A DNA stretch of 52,355 nt from an uncultured Bacteroidales bacterium. Lineage in GTDB: Bacteria > Bacteroidota > Bacteroidia > Bacteroidales > Bacteroidaceae. The notes below the pieces were generated by a model. The model saw only the letters and a list, made by a program, of their open reading frames with translations, did no database searches and had not been told where the DNA came from. A program made the position numbers and the translations under genes. The stretch lies in NCBI GenBank assembly GCA_902773225.1, contig CACYEC010000077.1, forward strand, positions 1 through 52,355, written 5' to 3'. Each line of letters opens with the position of its first letter. Position 1 is the first letter of the stretch. Positions 48,928 through 52,355 of the stretch are shown one piece after another.

Positions 48928-48935
48928 CAAAAGTA
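48928..48935 (-). promoter_or_regulatory. Putative -7 promoter box for the GH2 gene/operon
   Basis: The plus strand reads CAAAAGTA, which is TACTTTTG on the minus strand, 60 nt upstream of the GH2 ATG. Confidence 0.45.
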
Positions 48936-49097
48936 CGAAAAAAAAACAGAAAGTGAGCAATGAATTGTTTCAAAAACTGCAAGTAATGAAACATGATGTC
49001 CTGGAACATTGGCACTCTTCCATTTAAAACTTTTTATCATCACGAAAAAACACCCTTGCAAGCCTTGCAGAAATTATTAATCGCATCATAGTCGTTG

Positions 49098-49105
49098 TAC
49101 TTTTG
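49098..49105 (+). promoter_or_regulatory. Putative -7 promoter box for the Sel1-repeat gene
   Basis: TACTTTTG (TAnnTTTG) 41 nt upstream of the ATG at 49146. It overlaps the TTG start proposed by the ORF track. Confidence 0.45.
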
Positions 49106-49145
49106 CACCGTCAAACGACGAAGTCTAACTAAAAGAACAACAATT

Positions 49146-50357
49146 ATGGATTATTCGATTAAAGATTTGCTCAAAGGAGCACAAGTGATTTCGAAGAGTG
49201 TTTTCGGACGCAAGGACGAGTACGAACTGCAGTTCAACCACGAGGCTGATGGATGCTGGTATGTTGATTTCCCTGGCTGGCCATTCTCCCACCACAACCT
49301 AATGATGGTGGCTGGCGCTGACAAACTTTGCGCCTTCCTCTCCGACGACGACATCCACGCCTGTGTCAAGGTCATCCCTGCCAATAAAGAGGAAGACCAT
49401 CCTGGGTACGCCAAACTTGTTCAGAAGGAGCACTCGCTGACTGGTGGCAGCACCTATCAAGTGACAGGACTTGAGGGTTTCGAACGCGACATCTGGCTTT
49501 GCCCCGTCACCCTCTTCGTTTTGGGCCAGTACCCCAAGTACATCTATGTGAAGAAAGCGGACGGTGGCTGTGGGCCGACCGGCTCCGATGACATCTGGGA
49601 CGCATCGTTGGAGTCCATCTCCGAGAACGAGCGCATCCGCTACAGAATCGCCGAATACACCGACCACTTAGAGTTAGGCGACACATACAGCTCGCGCGAC
49701 ATCTTTGGAGAGAACATGACATTCAATGAGTACTATGCATTTATGGAGTTCCAAACCATGGTCTTTGGGATTCGTCCCTTTGATAGCCGCGAGGAGTTTG
49801 AAGACGCCATATCGGAAGTAGAGGGAGCCACCGACCCAAACAGCAAAGAGGGGAAGACCACTCTCATGAACAATATCGCCAGTACTTATTTCGTAGGGAT
49901 TGAAGGTGTGACAGACCAAGACTTCACCGAAGCATTGCGTTGGTTCGAAATGTCGGCAGCATTCAACGACGCGCATGCTCTTGTCATGATTGGGAGCATG
50001 TACTATCATGGTCAAGGCGTACAAAAGAACTATAGAAAGGCTATGGAATACTATAAAAAGGCAATCGTGACCTCTGCCCATCAGGATGCTCTACTCAATC
50101 TGGGCTTGGCATATCTCGACGGTGAGGGTGTTCCCAAAAACGAGAGCCACGCCTTCTCTCTGATGCTCCGTTCCGCCCGACAAGGCAAGGGGGCAGCCAG
50201 GTTCAACATGGCACATTTCTATGCTGCAGGCATAGGTGTGGAGCGTAATCAAGAGGAGGCCCTGCGTTGGCTACGTCTCAGCGTGGCAAGTGGCTATGAA
50301 GAAGCCATCCCCTATCTACGGTATTATGAAGAGCGAAGGAACGACATGGTACAATAA
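49146..50357 (+). CDS. Sel1-like repeat (SLR/TPR-family) protein with an uncharacterised N-terminal domain
   Basis: The C-terminal third has 3-4 Sel1 repeats (MIGSMYYHGQGVQKNYRKAMEYYKKA, LNLGLAYLDGEGVPKNESHAFSLMLRSA, FNMAHFYAAGIGVERNQEEALRWLRLS). No signal peptide. The start is set at the first ATG downstream of the -7 box. Confidence 0.7.
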   Translation: MDYSIKDLLKGAQVISKSVFGRKDEYELQFNHEADGCWYVDFPGWPFSHHNLMMVAGADKLCAFLSDDDIHACVKVIPANKEEDHPGYAKLVQKEHSLTGGSTYQVTGLEGFERDIWLCPVTLFVLGQYPKYIYVKKADGGCGPTGSDDIWDASLESISENERIRYRIAEYTDHLELGDTYSSRDIFGENMTFNEYYAFMEFQTMVFGIRPFDSREEFEDAISEVEGATDPNSKEGKTTLMNNIASTYFVGIEGVTDQDFTEALRWFEMSAAFNDAHALVMIGSMYYHGQGVQKNYRKAMEYYKKAIVTSAHQDALLNLGLAYLDGEGVPKNESHAFSLMLRSARQGKGAARFNMAHFYAAGIGVERNQEEALRWLRLSVASGYEEAIPYLRYYEERRNDMVQ

Positions 50358-50394
50358 CTCGTTCACGGGTCTGGGGAAGGTGCTGTTTTCTTAT

Positions 50395-50456
50395 TCTAAG
50401 GAGATGAGGAATAAAGGAGGGAATGCCTGAGGCATTATGGGTGTGCGGAAGGTATG
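50395..50456 (+). repeat. About 60-nt dispersed repeat, copy 1 (purine-rich head plus AATGCC-NNN-GGCATT hairpin plus TGGGTGTGCGGA)
   Basis: TCTAAGGAGATGAGGAATAAAGGAGGGAATGCCTGAGGCATTATGGGTGTGCGGAAGG is roughly 80 percent identical by eye to 51543-51604. Confidence 0.8.
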
Positions 50457-50668
50457 TTTTTTGCAGAAATGGTGGGTTGTCAAATGTTTCATAACAAATG
50501 TTAAAACGAAGGGGTTTATGCAGAAAAGGTATAAAAATCCGTGTTTTTTGGGTGATTTTAGGTGTTTTTTTGTATTTTTATGCAATGTCATATACAAAAA
50601 TGTTTCATGGGTATGACAAAATGAAACATTTTGAAACATGATAAATTGCTCACGCTCGGCATTATTTC

Positions 50669-50710
50669 CATTGACCGTTGACCATTGAGCATGGAACATG
50701 GAGCATGGAC
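50669..50710. repeat. Six tandem degenerate heptamers (CATTGAC CGTTGAC CATTGAG CATGGAA CATGGAG CATGGAC)
   Basis: Read directly. Strict 7-nt phase, consensus CATKGAS. Confidence 0.85.
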
Positions 50711-50741
50711 TTCCTATTTTGCTAAAGTGGAGCGTATAGTT

Positions 50742-50780
50742 TTAGGCGTCAGGTTCAAGTTTTTTGAGCCTGACGCCTAA
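50742..50780. terminator. Strong hairpin just downstream of the minus-strand lipoprotein gene (possible terminator, no U-tract)
   Basis: TTAGGCGTCAGG-(15-nt loop)-CCTGACGCCTAA, a perfect 12-bp stem. The stop codon of the lipoprotein gene is at 50788. Confidence 0.4.
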
Positions 50781-50787
50781 TGCCTAC

Positions 50788-51282
50788 TTAAGGTCTGTTA
50801 ATCTCATCAATCTTGTACTCGTCGCCTTCTTTGATGACCGTTAGCACGACACTGTAATCTTCGTTATCGTACTTGTTTTCCACCAAGAAGTGATTGCCGT
50901 CTTGTTCCTTTACAGTACGTGATATCTCTCCACCTGTATCACCGCCAGCTTCGTAAAAGAAGATCCATGTAGCGAGACATTCGCCCTCACAGTCATACCC
51001 ATATTCATCCTTCAATTGCTGAAGCGCTTTGGGCGTGATGAATTTCTTTACGTAGTCATAGTCGAGCAAGTCATCCCAGTCGGCATAGAATTTCTCAACG
51101 AATGCCTTTTTGGCGTCAATCTCTTGTTGGGATACAGTCACCGTTGCAGCCTCTGGCTCTGCTTCCAGAGACACAATCGTCGTGTCCTCCGGTGCATTGG
51201 CGTTCTCCTGTTTAGTGGGGGTGTTATTGCCGCCGCAACTCATCAAAGCCACCATCGAAAAAATAAAAACAGTCTTTTTCAT
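50788..51282 (-). CDS. Small lipoprotein of unknown function
   Basis: MKKTVFIFSMVALMSC lipobox, a Glu/Thr-rich linker, then a compact Tyr/Asp-rich domain containing a CEGEC pair. Confidence 0.65.
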   Translation of the reverse strand: MKKTVFIFSMVALMSCGGNNTPTKQENANAPEDTTIVSLEAEPEAATVTVSQQEIDAKKAFVEKFYADWDDLLDYDYVKKFITPKALQQLKDEYGYDCEGECLATWIFFYEAGGDTGGEISRTVKEQDGNHFLVENKYDNEDYSVVLTVIKEGDEYKIDEINRP

Positions 51283-51370
51283 TTTGATTGGTAATGATTA
51301 GTGAATAATTGAATCCTTATCCTATCCGATATCAGAAGCAGTCTATAGCTCCTCTCTATCATCAGACTTA

Positions 51371-51378
51371 CAAAATTA
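51371..51378 (-). promoter_or_regulatory. Putative -7 promoter box for the small lipoprotein gene
   Basis: The plus strand reads CAAAATTA, which is TAATTTTG on the minus strand (TAnnTTTG), about 90 nt upstream of the ATG. Confidence 0.3.
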
Positions 51379-51542
51379 ATCCTTTTTTCCTTCATTTTCT
51401 GTATGGCAGATGATTTTTGCAAGTTATTTTGATGCGAAGCGATTTGCATCCGTGTCGGTAGCCACGGATGTGAGAGCTCTACGGACTTAGAGGACTTAGA
51501 GGACTGGCCGCAAGCGCGGCCTGGGGACTATTCGATTGTTAG

Positions 51543-51604
51543 TCTAAGGAGAGAAGGAGGAAATGAGGGAACGCCTAAAGGCATTCTGGGTGTGCGGATG
51601 ATGG
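51543..51604 (+). repeat. About 60-nt dispersed repeat, copy 2
   Basis: TCTAAGGAGAGAAGGAGGAAATGAGGGAACGCCTAAAGGCATTCTGGGTGTGCGGATG, same orientation as copy 1. It ends about 50 nt before CRISPR mini-array A. Confidence 0.8.
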
Positions 51605-51652
51605 GCACAAGCTATTGTTTTTCGCTTATTTCGCCTCGTTTTCGTTTTTTTC

Positions 51653-51982
51653 GTAGTTAATCCTTGTTGTAGTGGGACAAGCCGACTAAGCGAGGGCAGA
51701 GCCAAGCTCGCTTGAACTATGCCGAGCGTGAGGGTTGAAGGCGAAGCCAATTAGGTCTCTGACATAGCTGGTATTATGGATGTACAATGACCTACGAAAA
51801 GTCTTAATCCTTGTTTTAGTGGAAGTAGGTCTCTGACGCAGCACATCTACGATCTGACCGCCGAAAAGGGCTGGTCTTAATCCTTGTTTTAGTGGAAAAT
51901 GGTTTACGACGAACAGTTGACTCGCACTCCTCATCCGTTACCATCGTCTTAATCCTTATTTTAGTGGAAGTAGGTCTCTAAA
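51653..51982. CRISPR. CRISPR mini-array A: a 111-nt split repeat, three spacers (37, 36, 35 nt) and three 37-nt repeats. Transcription direction unresolved.
   Basis: Repeats at 51653-51763 (long form), 51801-51837 (GTCTTAATCCTTGTTTTAGTGGAAGTAGGTCTCTGAC), 51874-51910 (3' half variant) and 51946-51982 (degenerate end ...CTCTAAA). The spacers are unrelated to each other. The minus-strand reading ends in ATTAAGAC, similar to the ATTGAAAC-type handle of Cas6-processed repeats. Confidence 0.8.
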
Positions 51983-51984
51983 TC

Positions 51985-52042
51985 ACGAAATATGCGAAAA
52001 TTAACGAAATATGCGAAAATTAACGAAATACACGAAAACTTA
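51985..52042 (+). repeat. Three tandem 19-20-nt units (ACGAAATATGCGAAAATTA x2, ACGAAATACACGAAAACTTA) between the two arrays
   Basis: Read directly. Units at 51985-52003, 52004-52022 and 52023-52042. Confidence 0.9.
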
Positions 52043-52119
52043 CTCATACATACTCATCAGCAAAGTTACCAAACATTTTGCTGATAGCAAAACTATTTTC
52101 GCTTATTTCGACTTTTTTC

Positions 52120-52355
52120 GTAGTTAATCCTTGTTTCAGTGGGACAACCCGATTGAGCGAGGGCAGAGCCAAACTCGCTTGAACTATGCCGAGCGTGAGG
52201 GTTGAAGGCGAAGCCAATTAGGTCTCTGACACGTTCTCATCTAATCTGACGGATTTCATCTCTGCTGTGTCTTAATCCTTGTTGTGCTGGAAGTAGGTCT
52301 CTGACGGCCCGACAGCGAGGGTGGAAAAGAGGCAGGTGGCGAGTCTTAATCCTTG
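52120..52355. CRISPR. CRISPR mini-array B: a 111-nt split repeat, two spacers (38, 37 nt), one full repeat and a repeat cut by the window edge
   Basis: Long repeat at 52120-52230. Repeat at 52269-52305 (GTCTTAATCCTTGTTGTGCTGGAAGTAGGTCTCTGAC). A repeat starts at 52343 (GTCTTAATCCTTG...) and runs off the window. Confidence 0.8.

Noticed and set aside
49095-49145. TTG start at 49095 for the Sel1-repeat protein
   Set aside because: The TACTTTTG -7 box (49098-49105) overlaps it, so transcription probably begins downstream. The first ATG (49146) is in frame and gives a sensible N-terminus.
50391-50699. 102-aa minus-strand ORF in the convergent spacer
   Set aside because: It has no start context. 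It is His/Phe/Lys-rich, runs through palindromes and T-runs, and overlaps dispersed-repeat copy 1. Non-coding elements explain it better.
51676-51751. The 76-nt insert as a tRNA or tRNA-like gene (tRNA-sized, with a terminal GGGAC/GTCTC pairing)
   Set aside because: It has no GTTCRANYC T-loop and no D-loop consensus, and I could not draw a cloverleaf with a 7-nt anticodon loop. It is kept only as an unclassified structured element.
51653-51763. The long repeat as a type II tracrRNA gene
   Set aside because: Both repeat-derived halves are in the same sense as the neighbouring repeats, not antisense. I found no separate anti-repeat elsewhere in 49-52 kb and no cas9 in the window. An antisense transcript could still pair with repeats, but nothing in the sequence demonstrates that.
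51544-51934. ORFs 51544-51750 (-) and 51686-51934 (-)
   Set aside because: They are read through CRISPR repeats, spacers and the split repeat. The repeat-spacer periodicity explains the sequence.
1-52355. Search for mobile elements (transposase, integrase, recombinase), toxin-antitoxin pairs, restriction-modification or other defence genes
   Set aside because: No ORF in the track showed DDE, tyrosine/serine recombinase, HNH, PD-(D/E)xK methylase-partner or similar motifs. Apart from the CRISPR arrays, no defence-type gene was supportable.

Overview
This 52.4-kb window looks like a Bacteroidales (Prevotella-like) chromosome segment. Supporting signs are TAnnTTTG-type -7 promoter boxes, lipoprotein and T9SS sorting signals, and tightly coupled genes with ATGA overlaps. 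Layout: (1) 1-5.1 kb, plus strand: a DUF4199-like membrane protein, a polyprenyl-phosphate GT2, a lipoprotein/beta-barrel pair, apbE and prs. (2) 5.2-33.3 kb, minus strand: one ~28-kb, 24-gene Wzy-type exopolysaccharide/capsule locus. It encodes a CapD-type dehydratase, an embedded outer-membrane protein, a DegT aminotransferase, a nucleotidyltransferase-family protein, two Wza-like exporters and a Wzc-type tyrosine kinase. It also encodes a CpsB phosphatase, an EEP-family membrane protein, 11 glycosyltransferase genes (12 GT domains), an acetyltransferase, a pyruvyl transferase and a Wzy/EpsG polymerase. (3) 33.8-40.6 kb, plus strand: trmD, a large exported protein, an ABC ATPase/FtsX pair, an AmgK-like kinase fused to a RapZ C-terminal-like domain, and a MurU-like nucleotidyltransferase. 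(4) 40.8-41.1 kb: a tRNA-Gly/Leu/Gly cluster. (5) 41.2-48.9 kb, minus strand: a T9SS-tailed metallophosphoesterase, a lipoprotein and a T9SS-tailed GH2 beta-galactosidase. (6) 49.1-51.3 kb: a Sel1-repeat protein, a long motif-rich convergent spacer and a small lipoprotein. (7) 51.65 kb to the right edge: two tandem CRISPR mini-arrays. I recognised no transposase, integrase, rRNA or cas gene. The most unusual signal is that each CRISPR mini-array is headed by a 111-nt 'split' repeat carrying a conserved 76-nt GC-rich structured insert. Other points of interest are the Wzc tail (a 14-tyrosine GY repeat plus a His9 tract), a fused tandem GT2, no recognisable flippase or initiating transferase in the locus, and the kinase/RapZ-C fusion. 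All family assignments come from motif recognition by eye; no database search was possible.
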